A stretch of DNA of 60,835 nt, taken from Acidobacteriota bacterium (GTDB lineage: Bacteria > Acidobacteriota > Terriglobia > Bryobacterales > UBA6623). Shown piece after piece: positions 1 through 10,388 of this stretch (its first letter is position 1; each line of letters starts with the position of its first letter). The notes under the pieces were generated by a model. The model worked only from the letters and a program-made list of their open reading frames with translations, was not told the origin of the DNA and did no database searches. The stretch lies in assembly GCA_027624045.1 (NCBI GenBank), contig JAQBUE010000003.1, positions 1 through 60,835 on the forward strand, given 5' to 3'. Made by a program: the position numbers and the translations under genes.

Positions 1-948
<948 letters not shown>

Positions 949-1053
949 GTTACTTTCTCTCCGACCCCCCGAAGGGTGTCAGAGATAACTCATGGAGTTT
1001 CGTACGACTCAGAACTCGAAATTTAGTTCGCTCGCAGACTTCACGTTCAACCA

Positions 1054-1067
1054 GATTTTCAAAGATC
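1054..1067 (-). promoter_or_regulatory. boxA-like antitermination element in the rrn leader
   Basis: The minus strand reads GATCTTTGAAAATC about 105 nt upstream of the 16S 5' end. It resembles rrn-leader boxA sequences (Bacillus-type GTTCTTTGAAAAC, E. coli GCTCTTTAACAA). Confidence 0.45.
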
Positions 1068-1281
1068 TGGACCACGAAAGATCGTCTCCCCTGCTCCCCG
1101 ATGGGAACAACGAATCCCTTCCGCGACCGGCCTCAAACTTGTTTTGACGACGGTCCGCCCCACAAAGCAGTTCAGCTTTGCGTGCGACCGCTGCGTCAAG
1201 ATGTCAAAGGGTTGGATGTTAGAGCCAATCAGCTCACCCGAAAGACTCTACCGGGATGTTTCCCCGGCCCATCCTTCACAA

Positions 1282-1342
1282 AGTGTATCACCTCGGCTTC
1301 TGGTTAGCAAGCGGAAAGCGCGGCGCCACTCTTTTTTTTTTC
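1282..1342 (-). promoter_or_regulatory. Candidate sigma70-type rRNA operon promoter with an upstream A-tract
   Basis: The minus strand reads TTGCTA (1310-1305), a 17-nt spacer, then TACACT (1287-1282). An A10 run (1341-1332) lies 21 nt upstream of the -35, like an UP element. This would give a leader of roughly 325 nt. No better -35/-10 pair was seen between 950 and 1460. Confidence 0.4.
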
Positions 1343-1459
1343 GGGGAGTATTCAGCGGCACCACCGAACGGTAGGGAATCGCTGCCACAACTGACCTCAA
1401 AGGCTCTGTTAGACTGTGGTGTTTTATACCATATCGGCACCCCGGTGGGTGCCTCTTCC

Positions 1460-1693
1460 ATGCGCAAACGGGCGGTCTATTTACTTCTTATCGTTCTCGT
1501 GATCCTGCACCAGGACTTCTGGCTGTGGGATAACTCCACCCTCGTCTTTGGCTTCTTGCCGACAGGCCTCGCTTACCACGCCGTCTATTCGCTGGCTACG
1601 GCGGGCGTCTTGTACCTCGCCCTGAAACATGCCTGGCCTGCCGACATCGAGGCCTTCGCTGAAGGACGCAGCGAGGGCCCGCCGCCGCAATGA
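1460..1693 (+). CDS. Small two-TM membrane protein (DUF3311-like) that accompanies sodium:solute symporters
   Basis: ATG at 1460 (MRKRAVYLLLIVLVILHQDFWLWDN...). The protein is hydrophobic. Its stop overlaps the symporter start (ATGA at 1690-1693). The longer ORF from 1256 runs into the rRNA promoter region and is unlikely to be real. Confidence 0.7.
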   Translation: MRKRAVYLLLIVLVILHQDFWLWDNSTLVFGFLPTGLAYHAVYSLATAGVLYLALKHAWPADIEAFAEGRSEGPPPQ

Positions 1694-3255
1694 CCGCGCT
1701 CGTCGTCATGGCGGGCTACCTCTGCCTGCTGATCACGCTCGGCGCTGTCGCCAACCGTTTCTTCCGCGGGACCGCCGCCGATTACTTCCTCGCCAGCCAT
1801 TCGATTGGCCCTGTTCTGCTCCTCATGTCGCTGTTCGGAACGACGATGACGGCTTTCGCTCTAGTCGGCAGCACCAGCGAAGCCTACCGCATCGGCATCG
1901 GAGTCTACGGCATGCTGGCTTCGTGGTCGGGATTGGTTCACGCCGCCGTCTTCTTTTTCATCGGAATCCGTCTGTGGGCGTTCGGCAAGCGCTTCGGCTA
2001 CGTGACGCAGATTCAGTACTTTCGCGACCGCTTCGAGAGCGATCTGCTCGGTTTGATCCTGTTCCCAATCCTGGTAGCGCTCGTCGTTCCCTACCTGTTG
2101 ATCGGTCTACTGGGAGCGGGCGGCGTTGTCCAATCGCTGACCCAAGGGACCTACCCGGAAGCGTTCGCGGCAACCAACGGCGGCCTCCCGCCCTGGCTTA
2201 CCGGACTGATCATTTCAGGGGTCGTTTTGTCGTATGTCTTTTTCGGCGGGGTGCGCGGCGCCGCCTGGGCCAACACGTTGCAGACCGTCGTTTTCATCCT
2301 GACCGGCCTACTAGCCTTTTGGCTGATCTCGTCGAAGCTCGGTGGACTCGCCGCCGCCAGTCGCCAAGTTCTGGAGGCGCACCCGGAGCGCCTCGTGCGA
2401 TCGGGCAGCATAACGCAGTACCAGTTTTTCACCTACGCCCTCATTCCGCTCTCGATCGGGATGTTTCCGCACGTCTTTCAACACTGGCTGACGGCCCGCT
2501 CGGCCAAGACATTCCGGCTCAGCGTCTTTATGCATCCGATCTTCATCCTGATCGTCTGGATGCCTTGCATCCTGATCGGCGTCTGGGCTACGTCCGCCAC
2601 GCTGCCTGACGGTTCGCTGGTCGTTCCCGCCGGTTCGCCCCCGAACACAGAGTTTGCCACGATGGTCCATAGGCTCACAACACCCATCGTCAGCGGGCTG
2701 CTCGGCGCCGGTATCCTGGCGGCGATCATGTCGTCGCTCGACTCGCAGTTTTTCTGTCTGGGCACGATGTTCACGACCGACATCGTTACCCACTACTTCG
2801 GTGAGGATCGGTTTGACGACAGGCAACGCATTCGGCTAGCGCGCGCATTCATCCTCGCCATCGTCACCCTTACCTACCTGCTTTCTCTCGCCGAACCACG
2901 CGAAGTGTTTCCGCTCGGCGTCTGGTGCTTCACGGGATTCTCAAGTCTGTTCCCGCTCGTCTGCGCGTCGCTCTACTGGAAGCGCTGCACGAAGGCCGGC
3001 GCCATTGCCTCCGTGATCGTGATGGCCATTGTTTGGTCGCTGCTCTTTCGGGCCTCGAACTACGGCGTAAACGGCGCCTATCTCTTCCTCGGTCTATTGC
3101 CGGTCGCTACAGTCTTCGCCGCTTCGCTCGTCACGCTCGTGGGTGTTTCGCTCCTCACCAAGGCGCCATCGGGGGCGACCCTCGACAAATTCTTCCCACA
3201 CGGTCAAGCCGCTGCCTCCATCCCCATCAAGTCGGGCACCGCGGCAGCGGACTAA
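1690..3255 (+). CDS. Sodium:solute symporter (SSS) family transporter
   Basis: 521-aa polytopic protein with SSS-like N-terminus (ADYFLASHSIGPVLLLMSLFGTTMTAFALVGSTSEAYRIGIG). It is translationally coupled to the upstream small subunit. Confidence 0.85.
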   Translation: MTALVVMAGYLCLLITLGAVANRFFRGTAADYFLASHSIGPVLLLMSLFGTTMTAFALVGSTSEAYRIGIGVYGMLASWSGLVHAAVFFFIGIRLWAFGKRFGYVTQIQYFRDRFESDLLGLILFPILVALVVPYLLIGLLGAGGVVQSLTQGTYPEAFAATNGGLPPWLTGLIISGVVLSYVFFGGVRGAAWANTLQTVVFILTGLLAFWLISSKLGGLAAASRQVLEAHPERLVRSGSITQYQFFTYALIPLSIGMFPHVFQHWLTARSAKTFRLSVFMHPIFILIVWMPCILIGVWATSATLPDGSLVVPAGSPPNTEFATMVHRLTTPIVSGLLGAGILAAIMSSLDSQFFCLGTMFTTDIVTHYFGEDRFDDRQRIRLARAFILAIVTLTYLLSLAEPREVFPLGVWCFTGFSSLFPLVCASLYWKRCTKAGAIASVIVMAIVWSLLFRASNYGVNGAYLFLGLLPVATVFAASLVTLVGVSLLTKAPSGATLDKFFPHGQAAASIPIKSGTAAAD

Positions 3256-3266
3256 GGTTCGAACCG

Positions 3267-4571
3267 GTGAAGATCGCCTACATCACAGCCGGCGCCGGGG
3301 GCACCATCTGCGGCAACTGCCTGCGCGACAATACCCTGGCGCGCGCATTCATCGAACTCGGTCACGATGTCCAACTGATCCCCACCTACACTCCCATCCG
3401 CACGGATGAGCGGGATGTCAGCGGCGACCGCGTCTTCATCGGCGGATTGAGAATCTACCTGCAGCAAGTCCTCCCTGTGACGCGCCGCCTTCCCCGGTCG
3501 ATCGGCGCGCTCCTCGACCGTCCCAACCTGCTGCGCTGGATCTCGAAGTTCGCTGTCAACACCCAACCCGAGAAACTAGGCGCTCTCACCGTCGGCGTTC
3601 TGGAAGGCGAAAGCGGCCCCTTCCGAACCGAGCTTGAACCTCTGGTCAACTGGCTCAGCGATTGGCAGCCCGACGTCATTCACATCACGAACTCGATGCT
3701 CTCCAGTCTCGCGCCCATGTTCAAGCGGCGGATCAGGGCGCCCGTCTTCTGCTCATTGCAAGGGGAGGACTTCTTCCTCTCCAGCCTGCCGTCCCCTTAC
3801 AGCGATCGAGCCTTCGCTCTGCTGCCCGAGCTGGCTCGTTCGGTCGATGTCTTTATCTCGCCGAGCCGCGACCACGCCGAGACAATGGGCCCTCATCTTG
3901 GCTTGCAACCTGAGGGAATCCCTGTCGTTCATCCAGGTATCGATCTGGCAGGTTACGAAGCGCGCCACCGTCGTAATCCAGACGAGTTTGTTGTGGGATA
4001 TCTGGCCCGCGTAGCTCCCGAAAAAGGTCTCAAAAGCCTCGCCGAAGCATTCGGGCATCTGTGCGCCGGGCACGACGGCGGCCCACGCGTTCGCCTGCGT
4101 GTCGCCGGTTGGCTCAGCGCCGAACACCGACCCTTCCTCGCCGAAGTCGAGAGGCAACTGCTCAGCTCAGGCATAATCGAAGACTACGAATACCTCGGAG
4201 AACTCGATCACGAACAGAAGATTGCCTTTCTACGCAGTCTCGACGTTCTCTCCGTACCCACGTCCTACCGTGCGCCGAAGGGCCTCTATGTGCTCGAAGC
4301 ACTAGCCTGCGGAGTTCCCGTCGTGCAGCCCCGCATAGGTGTTTTCCCGGAATTGATCGACGCCACCGGCGGCGGATTGCTCTGCGAACCAGGCAACCCC
4401 CACGACCTCGCCAATCGCTTGGCGCAACTGATGACCCATCCCGCCGAGGCCGACCAGATGGGAACCAAGGGTCGCCACAGGGTCCGGGCGCATTTCAACA
4501 GCAAGCGCATGGCCGAGCAGACACTGGCCGTCTATGAGAACGTCCCGAAATATCGAGTGAGGAGACGCTAA
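3267..4571 (+). CDS. Glycosyltransferase family 4 (GT-B fold)
   Basis: GTG at 3267 (VKIAYITAGAGGTICGNCLRDN...). The C-terminal GT1/GT4 block is ...VPTSYRAPKGLYVLEALACGVPVVQPRIGVFPELI (EX7E-like). The ORF-track start at 2925 overlaps the symporter and is rejected. Confidence 0.8.
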   Translation: MKIAYITAGAGGTICGNCLRDNTLARAFIELGHDVQLIPTYTPIRTDERDVSGDRVFIGGLRIYLQQVLPVTRRLPRSIGALLDRPNLLRWISKFAVNTQPEKLGALTVGVLEGESGPFRTELEPLVNWLSDWQPDVIHITNSMLSSLAPMFKRRIRAPVFCSLQGEDFFLSSLPSPYSDRAFALLPELARSVDVFISPSRDHAETMGPHLGLQPEGIPVVHPGIDLAGYEARHRRNPDEFVVGYLARVAPEKGLKSLAEAFGHLCAGHDGGPRVRLRVAGWLSAEHRPFLAEVERQLLSSGIIEDYEYLGELDHEQKIAFLRSLDVLSVPTSYRAPKGLYVLEALACGVPVVQPRIGVFPELIDATGGGLLCEPGNPHDLANRLAQLMTHPAEADQMGTKGRHRVRAHFNSKRMAEQTLAVYENVPKYRVRRR

Positions 4572-4577
4572 CCCATC

Positions 4578-5012
4578 ATGGCCTACGAATTCCACTATCG
4601 CCGCCGTATCTTCTGGCAGGACACCGACATGGCCGGCATCATCCACTTCACGAACTACTTCCGTTTCATGGAAGAGGTGGAGCTTGAGTTTCTGTTCTCC
4701 CTCGGACTCGATTCTCTCAAGATCGCCCGCGAGTACAACGTCTGGCGGCCGCGCGTAGCCGCCCAATGCGATTTCAAGAAAACCGTCACGTTCGGCGACG
4801 AACTCGACGTCCATCTATGGGTTGTTAGGAAAGGGCGCTCCTCGATCCACTACGAAATCGCTTTCAACCACGATGGCCAGGAAGTCGCCCACGGGCGTCT
4901 CAGCGTCGCCTGCGTCAGCCGGGATGCCGCCGGGAAGATGTCCGCGACACCGATTCCCCCCATCCTCGACGAAGCTCTGCAGGTCGCCCCATTCGCCGAA
5001 GTGCAAGAGTGA
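4578..5012 (+). CDS. Hotdog-fold acyl-CoA thioesterase (YbgC / 4-hydroxybenzoyl-CoA thioesterase family)
   Basis: The N-terminus has the characteristic RRIFWQDTDMAGIIHFTNYFRFMEE block. Size is 144 aa. Confidence 0.85.
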   Translation: MAYEFHYRRRIFWQDTDMAGIIHFTNYFRFMEEVELEFLFSLGLDSLKIAREYNVWRPRVAAQCDFKKTVTFGDELDVHLWVVRKGRSSIHYEIAFNHDGQEVAHGRLSVACVSRDAAGKMSATPIPPILDEALQVAPFAEVQE

Positions 5013-5086
5013 TCGGCCCGTAACATGACGGGATGTTAGATTGACAGACAGAATTGCGATCCACTGCTGCCCGAATCAACCCGGCC

Positions 5087-5791
5087 ATGAGCACGCCCGC
5101 CAATCTTGTCGTCCAAGACCTCTATAAGGAGTACCCCACTCCCAACGACCCCCTCGTCGTTGTCAACGAGGTTTCTTTCGAGATGAATCGCGGCGAATCG
5201 CTCGTTATCATGGGTCCTTCCGGCTCCGGCAAGAGCACTCTGCTCTACATGCTCGGAACCCTGGAAACCCCCACTCGCGGCTCGATCGAGGTCAACTCCC
5301 GTAACCCGCTCACCCTCAACGAATCCGGCCTCGCCGCCTTTCGCAACGAGCAAGTCGGCTTCATCTTCCAGGAGCACCATCTACTTCCGCAGTGTTCGGC
5401 ACTCGAAAACGTGCTGATCCCGACCATGGCGCCGAGTTCAGCCCAGACCCCGGCCGAAGCCAAGCAACGAGCCCTGCGGCTGCTGGACCGCGTCGGCCTC
5501 AGCGGACGCATCGAGCATCGCCCGGCCGAGCTCTCTGGCGGCGAACGTCAGCGCGTCGCCATCGCCCGAGCCCTCGTGAACAAAGCGCCGCTCATCCTCG
5601 CCGATGAGCCCACCGGCAACCTCGACCGACACACCGCCGACGCCGTCGCCGATCTCATGCTCGAACTCCACCGCGAAGAGAACACGATCCTCATCACCGT
5701 CACCCACAGCCTTGAACTAGCCGCGCGGTTTCCTCGACGGGCCGAACTCACCGACGGCAAGCTGGTTTTCACCTCAAACCAAGCTACGTGA
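5087..5791 (+). CDS. ABC transporter ATP-binding protein (LolD/MacB-type ATPase)
   Basis: Walker A is GPSGSGKST, the signature is LSGGERQRVAIARAL, and Walker B is LILADEPT. The start is either ATG 5087 or the upstream ATG 5054. Confidence 0.9.
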   Translation: MSTPANLVVQDLYKEYPTPNDPLVVVNEVSFEMNRGESLVIMGPSGSGKSTLLYMLGTLETPTRGSIEVNSRNPLTLNESGLAAFRNEQVGFIFQEHHLLPQCSALENVLIPTMAPSSAQTPAEAKQRALRLLDRVGLSGRIEHRPAELSGGERQRVAIARALVNKAPLILADEPTGNLDRHTADAVADLMLELHREENTILITVTHSLELAARFPRRAELTDGKLVFTSNQAT

Positions 5792-5830
5792 AAAGAAGGG
5801 TAAGAAATCTCCTACGGGCAAGCAAGCGCC

Positions 5831-7627
5831 CTACTTCGCCGCGTAAACGAGCTTGCCGCCCAAGTAGGTTTGCTCCACTTGAATATCCTTTACTTGCTCA
5901 ACCGGGCAAGTCAGGATATCCCGATCCAGCACGATCAAGTCCGCCAGCTTCCCGTTCTCCAGCGAACCCTTCTGTTTCTCTTGAAACATCAAGTGGGCAT
6001 TGTTGATCGTGTAGAGCCGGATCGCCTGCTCACGCGTGATTCGCTGCTCGGGATGCAGGGCCTGATCCGTCCAGCGCGGCTGTCGCGCCAGCGTGATCCA
6101 CATGCCAAAGAAAGGATTGTATGGATTGATCGACCGTAGTCCGCCGATCTTCTGCATATGGTCGGAACCGCCCCCCACGACGACGCCTTTTTCAAACAGC
6201 GACTTGTAGGGCTGGAAGTAGTCGAGCCGCGCGTCGCCAAAATGCTTCGTCAGCGTCGCGCCGTCGCGCTCGAGCCAAGCAGGCTGTAGATCCGCGACGA
6301 TGCCCAGCTTGGCCATCTTGTCGATCGCTTCCTGCGTCATGAAGTTGCAGTGCGTGATGCAAGGCCGACTATCACCGATCGGAAGCGAACTATTGACTTC
6401 CTCGTAGGCATCAATGAGCGCCTGGACGGCGCCACTTCCCACCGAATGGGACGTCGGCTGAAGATCGTTCTCGAGTGCCAGCTTCGCGATCTGATACAGC
6501 TTGCCAGGCTCGATGTAGCGCATGCCGCGATACTCGGGATCGTCGATCGAATACACCTTGCTGACTCCCCACGGGTCGAGCATGTAGGCGCTGCCCGTCA
6601 GCATGCCCCCGTCGAGGTAGGTCTTGATACCTCGCAGCCAGAGCATGTTGTTGTACTCGTGGAGCGGGCTTTTCGCCGCCTTCAGGATGCGGGCCTTGAT
6701 GTCTTCGATCGAGTCCTGGGCGTTCACCGAAAGATTGATGAAGACCCGGCAGGTGAGCTCGTCCCGCTCTTTAAGTTCGCGATATAGTTCGACGGCGCCG
6801 TCGCTGGCGTCGCGATCAGCGATGCTTGTGAGGCCCACCTTGTTGTAGTCGGCCAGCAATGCCTTGAGGCGGCTCAAACGATCTTGGTGCGATGGCTGCT
6901 TCTCGCTCGACTTGTACGCCACGAACCGGCCCGCGCTGCGTATGATCCCCGTCGGTACATCTGTCTTGGGATTGCGCTCGATCCGCCCGGGCTTTCCGTC
7001 GGTGATCTTGAAATCCTTGTCGATGCCGCTCAACTTCAAAGCCAGCGAGTTCAACGAAGCGTCCGGCCCGGTGCTGAAGTAGACCGGATTCTTCGGCGCG
7101 GCGCGGTCTAGTTCCTCGCGTGTGGGGTAGCGCTGTTCGCGAAGCCGCGTGATGAAGACCTGGCGCACGCGAATCCATTCCGCGTCGTCAATCAACGCAG
7201 CGCGGGACTTCACATAGGCGAGCACGTCGGCCATGGTTTCCATTTCGGGAACTTCATGATCAAACTCGTACATTGAGGCGCCGGTTGCATGGACATGAGA
7301 ATCCATCAGTCCCGGCAAGACGGTCTTACCCTTGAGGTCGATCATCTTCGCGTCAGACGACGCAAGCTTCCGCACATCGGCGTCACTGCCCACCCCAACG
7401 ATGCGATCGCCCTTGACGGCCACGGCCTGCGCGATCCGAAAGCCCTGGTCGACCGTAACGATCTTCCCGTTGTAGAGAATCAGGCCGACATCCCCGGAGG
7501 CCTGAGGCTCCGCGGCGGCCTGATCGAAAACAACCAAAAGGGCAGCAAAGACCGCGGCGATAAGACGGGCAGCGCGTGCCGTGTCCCTGCACACCTGCCC
7601 GAAAACTCTACGATCGGCTTGTTTCAT
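5831..7627 (-). CDS. Exported amidohydrolase (YtcJ-like, amidohydrolase-3 family)
   Basis: ATG at 7627 (MKQADRR... with a hydrophobic signal). The HxH metal motif is LMDSHVHATG. Size is ~598 aa. The longer ORF to 7804 overlaps ggt. Confidence 0.8.
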   Translation of the reverse strand: MKQADRRVFGQVCRDTARAARLIAAVFAALLVVFDQAAAEPQASGDVGLILYNGKIVTVDQGFRIAQAVAVKGDRIVGVGSDADVRKLASSDAKMIDLKGKTVLPGLMDSHVHATGASMYEFDHEVPEMETMADVLAYVKSRAALIDDAEWIRVRQVFITRLREQRYPTREELDRAAPKNPVYFSTGPDASLNSLALKLSGIDKDFKITDGKPGRIERNPKTDVPTGIIRSAGRFVAYKSSEKQPSHQDRLSRLKALLADYNKVGLTSIADRDASDGAVELYRELKERDELTCRVFINLSVNAQDSIEDIKARILKAAKSPLHEYNNMLWLRGIKTYLDGGMLTGSAYMLDPWGVSKVYSIDDPEYRGMRYIEPGKLYQIAKLALENDLQPTSHSVGSGAVQALIDAYEEVNSSLPIGDSRPCITHCNFMTQEAIDKMAKLGIVADLQPAWLERDGATLTKHFGDARLDYFQPYKSLFEKGVVVGGGSDHMQKIGGLRSINPYNPFFGMWITLARQPRWTDQALHPEQRITREQAIRLYTINNAHLMFQEKQKGSLENGKLADLIVLDRDILTCPVEQVKDIQVEQTYLGGKLVYAAK

Positions 7628-7649
7628 CTCAATCCCTCGGCTATTGATC

Positions 7650-9290
7650 CTAGCGGGAAAGCGCCGACGATTCGCCGGACGCCGGGTTGAACGAGGCGGC
7701 GCTGACGCGCGCGCTGGAGGCATCGTTGACCTCGTACCCGACCCGTCGCAGATACTGTTTGCGCTCGTCGTTCCATTGCGCGTCGCAATCGACTTTGAGT
7801 CCACCTTCGGTATGCATGCGCGGCGCTTCGATCGATTCCTCCATGGTGCGATCTTGGCCGACGTAGTTCATCAAAACATCGAACACCGCGTTCGGTATCC
7901 GTCGTCCACCGCGTCCGCCTAGCGCCAACACCGGCCGCCCATCTTTCAGCACGACCGTCGGGCACATGTTGTGAAGCGGCTTCTTGCCGGGCCCAGGCGA
8001 GTTGGGGTGATTCGGATTCGGCTCGAAGCGCGACATGCCGTGCCCCAGAATGAGCCCGAGCCCCTCAACCACGACGCGCGCCCCGAAGTTAACGCCGTGC
8101 GTCAATGTCAGCGCTACCATATTGCCCGCGGTGTCGACCGCGCTAATATGCACCGTTTCATTCTGCTCGCGTGAACGCGTTGCGATCCGGAGCGGCTCGC
8201 GTTGCACCACGGCTTGCCTTACGCGCTCGGCCATCCGGTCGGCGTACTCTTTCGATGCCAAATGGTCAAGCGGCACATCGACCTTCGACGGGTCGCCGAA
8301 CAGCGTGAGCCGGTCGTTCCAGGCGATGCGCAACGCTTCGAGCCGCGCATGCGTCTGCTCATCCTCGCTGCCGAGATGCTCCCAGCCCAGAGCCTTGAGA
8401 ATATTCACCGCTTCCAGCATTGTCACACCGCCGGCCGTCAGCGGAGCCGTATGGATCTCGTAGCCGCGCCATTCCAGAGAGACCGTTTTCACCTCCTCCG
8501 CCTCATAGGCGGCGAGGTCATCGCGCGTCAAAATCCCTCCGTTTTGCGCGAACGCCTGGGCTATCTTGTCCGCGATCTCTCCGCGATAGAAAGGCTCCGC
8601 CGAGCCCGCCGCGGCAAGAGTTTCCAGAACCGCTGCCAAGTCGCGGTTGCGAAAGAGGACACCGCTAACGAACGGCTTGCCGCCCTGAAACAGCAGCGTC
8701 CTCGCGCCCGCGTCTTTGGCAAGCACATCCTTCGAGGCGACCATCATTTTCGCCTGATACTCTGAAAGCTCCACGCCGTCACGAGCCGCCTTGATGGCCG
8801 GCGCCAAAGCTTCGGCGAACGACATCGTGCCGAACTTTTCGAGAGCCATCTGCATTCCCGCGAGAGTGCCTGGAACGCCGGCCGAGAGCCACCCGTGATC
8901 GTGGGCCTGGGGCACAACCCCTTTCTCGTCCGGCGCGAACGTGTTGCCTCGCATCGCCGCGGGTGCCGTCGAGTTGTAATCGATCGCGCTCACTCGCCCA
9001 TCAGCCATCGCAATGACCATGTGCCCGCCATAGCCCGCGATGCCGCATCCCGATAGCTCCGTCACACCCGCCATAAGAGCCGCGCTCACAGCCGCGTCAA
9101 CCGCGTTTCCCTTGCAGCAAAGCACGTCCGTGCCCACGGCTACGGGGAACTCCGTTCCCCCCGCCGAGATCGCGCCAGAAGGCGGAGCGGGAACCGCCGG
9201 TTCTTGCGGCTGCTCGCTTCCGCACGCGCCCGCCACGAGCGCTCCACCCGCCAGGCTCAGTATTCGCCGACGATTCATTCCGAACTCCAT
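7650..9290 (-). CDS. ggt: Gamma-glutamyltranspeptidase with a Tat/lipoprotein-type signal
   Basis: The start is MEFGMNRRRILSLAGGALVAGACGS. The autoprocessing Thr context is EQNETVHISAVDTAGNMVALTLT. The C-terminal GGRGGRRI block is present. The longer ORF to 9515 is rejected. Confidence 0.9.
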   Translation of the reverse strand: MEFGMNRRRILSLAGGALVAGACGSEQPQEPAVPAPPSGAISAGGTEFPVAVGTDVLCCKGNAVDAAVSAALMAGVTELSGCGIAGYGGHMVIAMADGRVSAIDYNSTAPAAMRGNTFAPDEKGVVPQAHDHGWLSAGVPGTLAGMQMALEKFGTMSFAEALAPAIKAARDGVELSEYQAKMMVASKDVLAKDAGARTLLFQGGKPFVSGVLFRNRDLAAVLETLAAAGSAEPFYRGEIADKIAQAFAQNGGILTRDDLAAYEAEEVKTVSLEWRGYEIHTAPLTAGGVTMLEAVNILKALGWEHLGSEDEQTHARLEALRIAWNDRLTLFGDPSKVDVPLDHLASKEYADRMAERVRQAVVQREPLRIATRSREQNETVHISAVDTAGNMVALTLTHGVNFGARVVVEGLGLILGHGMSRFEPNPNHPNSPGPGKKPLHNMCPTVVLKDGRPVLALGGRGGRRIPNAVFDVLMNYVGQDRTMEESIEAPRMHTEGGLKVDCDAQWNDERKQYLRRVGYEVNDASSARVSAASFNPASGESSALSR

Positions 9291-9396
9291 GCCGCGTCTC
9301 TCCAGAAAGTGAACAAGCCGCCCTCGTCCCGCAACTGGTGCGGGAAAATTCCATGGGACGGGCGCGGCATCCCGCGCGTGCTGCGTCCTTACCTTC

Positions 9397-10356
9397 TCAC
9401 TTCTGGAGCGCGGTCGCGGCGGCGATGTAGTAAATATCGTCTGCGGAGCAACCGCGTGAGAGATCGTTGGCGGGTTTGGTGAGCCCTTGAAGAAAGGGAC
9501 CCAAAGACTTTGCACCGCCGAGACGCTCGGCCAGCTTGTAGCCGATATTCGCGCAATTCAGATCAGGAAAGATCAGCACATTGGCTCGGCCGGCGACGGG
9601 CGAGCCTGGCGCCTTGCGGGCCGCCACGCTTTCAACAAGCGCCGCGTCCGCCTGCAATTCACCGTCGACAATCAGGTCGGGCGCGCGCTGTCGAATGATG
9701 CGCAATGCCTCAACAACCTTTGCAACCAGCACATGCTCGGCGCTGCCCTTCGTCGAAAACGACAGCAGCGCCACACGGGGCTCGTCGGCCAGAAAGCGGC
9801 GGCTGTTTTCCGCGGTTGCGATCGCGATGTCGGCTAACTGGTCAGGATTCGGGTCCGGAATCACAGCGGCGTCCGCAAACACCATGACGCCGCGGCTACC
9901 GAAACCCTGATCCGGATGGACCAGCAACATGAAACTCGAAACGCGCCGGTACTCCGGCTTCAGGCCCAGGCACTGGATGGCTGCCCGCAGCGTCTCAGCC
10001 GTCGTGCTATTCGCGCCCCCGACCATGCCGTCAGCGTCGCCGTTCGCCAGCATCAGTGAGCCGAAGTAGAGTGGCTGTTTCGCCACCTCGCGCGCTTCCT
10101 GACGCGTCACGCCCTTCGCTTTTCGCTGCTCGTAGTAGAGATCGATGTACGTTTGCAGCCGCGGGCTGGATTCCGGGGCAACCCACTCGATGCCGCCCCC
10201 GCCGGGACCGCGGCCCACCAGAACCGGAGTAACGACGCCATCACGCGCAAGCCGCTCGGCGGCCTCAACGACTCGCTCGTCGTCGCCTTCGGGGAAGACG
10301 ATGCGCCTCTTCGCAAGCCGAGCGAGGGCTACCAGATTGTCGAGATAGGCTGGCAT
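9397..10356 (-). CDS. pta: Phosphate acetyltransferase
   Basis: The protein is Pta-like throughout ([16 protein letters not shown]..., [14 protein letters not shown]..., [24 protein letters not shown]). ATG 10356 is preferred. The alternative start at 10404 would overlap the upstream SDR gene. Confidence 0.9.
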   Translation of the reverse strand: MPAYLDNLVALARLAKRRIVFPEGDDERVVEAAERLARDGVVTPVLVGRGPGGGGIEWVAPESSPRLQTYIDLYYEQRKAKGVTRQEAREVAKQPLYFGSLMLANGDADGMVGGANSTTAETLRAAIQCLGLKPEYRRVSSFMLLVHPDQGFGSRGVMVFADAAVIPDPNPDQLADIAIATAENSRRFLADEPRVALLSFSTKGSAEHVLVAKVVEALRIIRQRAPDLIVDGELQADAALVESVAARKAPGSPVAGRANVLIFPDLNCANIGYKLAERLGGAKSLGPFLQGLTKPANDLSRGCSADDIYYIAAATALQK

Positions 10357-10388
10357 AGGCGAGCCGGGAAGTTTCGCTGATTCGCCGG

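Noticed and set aside
1332-1341. A T10 run on the plus strand, considered as an intrinsic terminator
   Set aside because: There is no upstream plus-strand gene to terminate and no convincing GC hairpin immediately before it. It is better read as an A-tract upstream of the minus-strand rRNA promoter candidate.
2925-3266. N-terminal extensions of ORF-track entries: 2925..3266 for the GT4 gene, and likewise 7628..7804, 9291..9515, 51226..51375, 39791..39943 and 43348..43479
   Set aside because: The extensions overlap the preceding well-supported gene or lack family similarity. Internal starts give proper signal peptides or family-typical N-termini.
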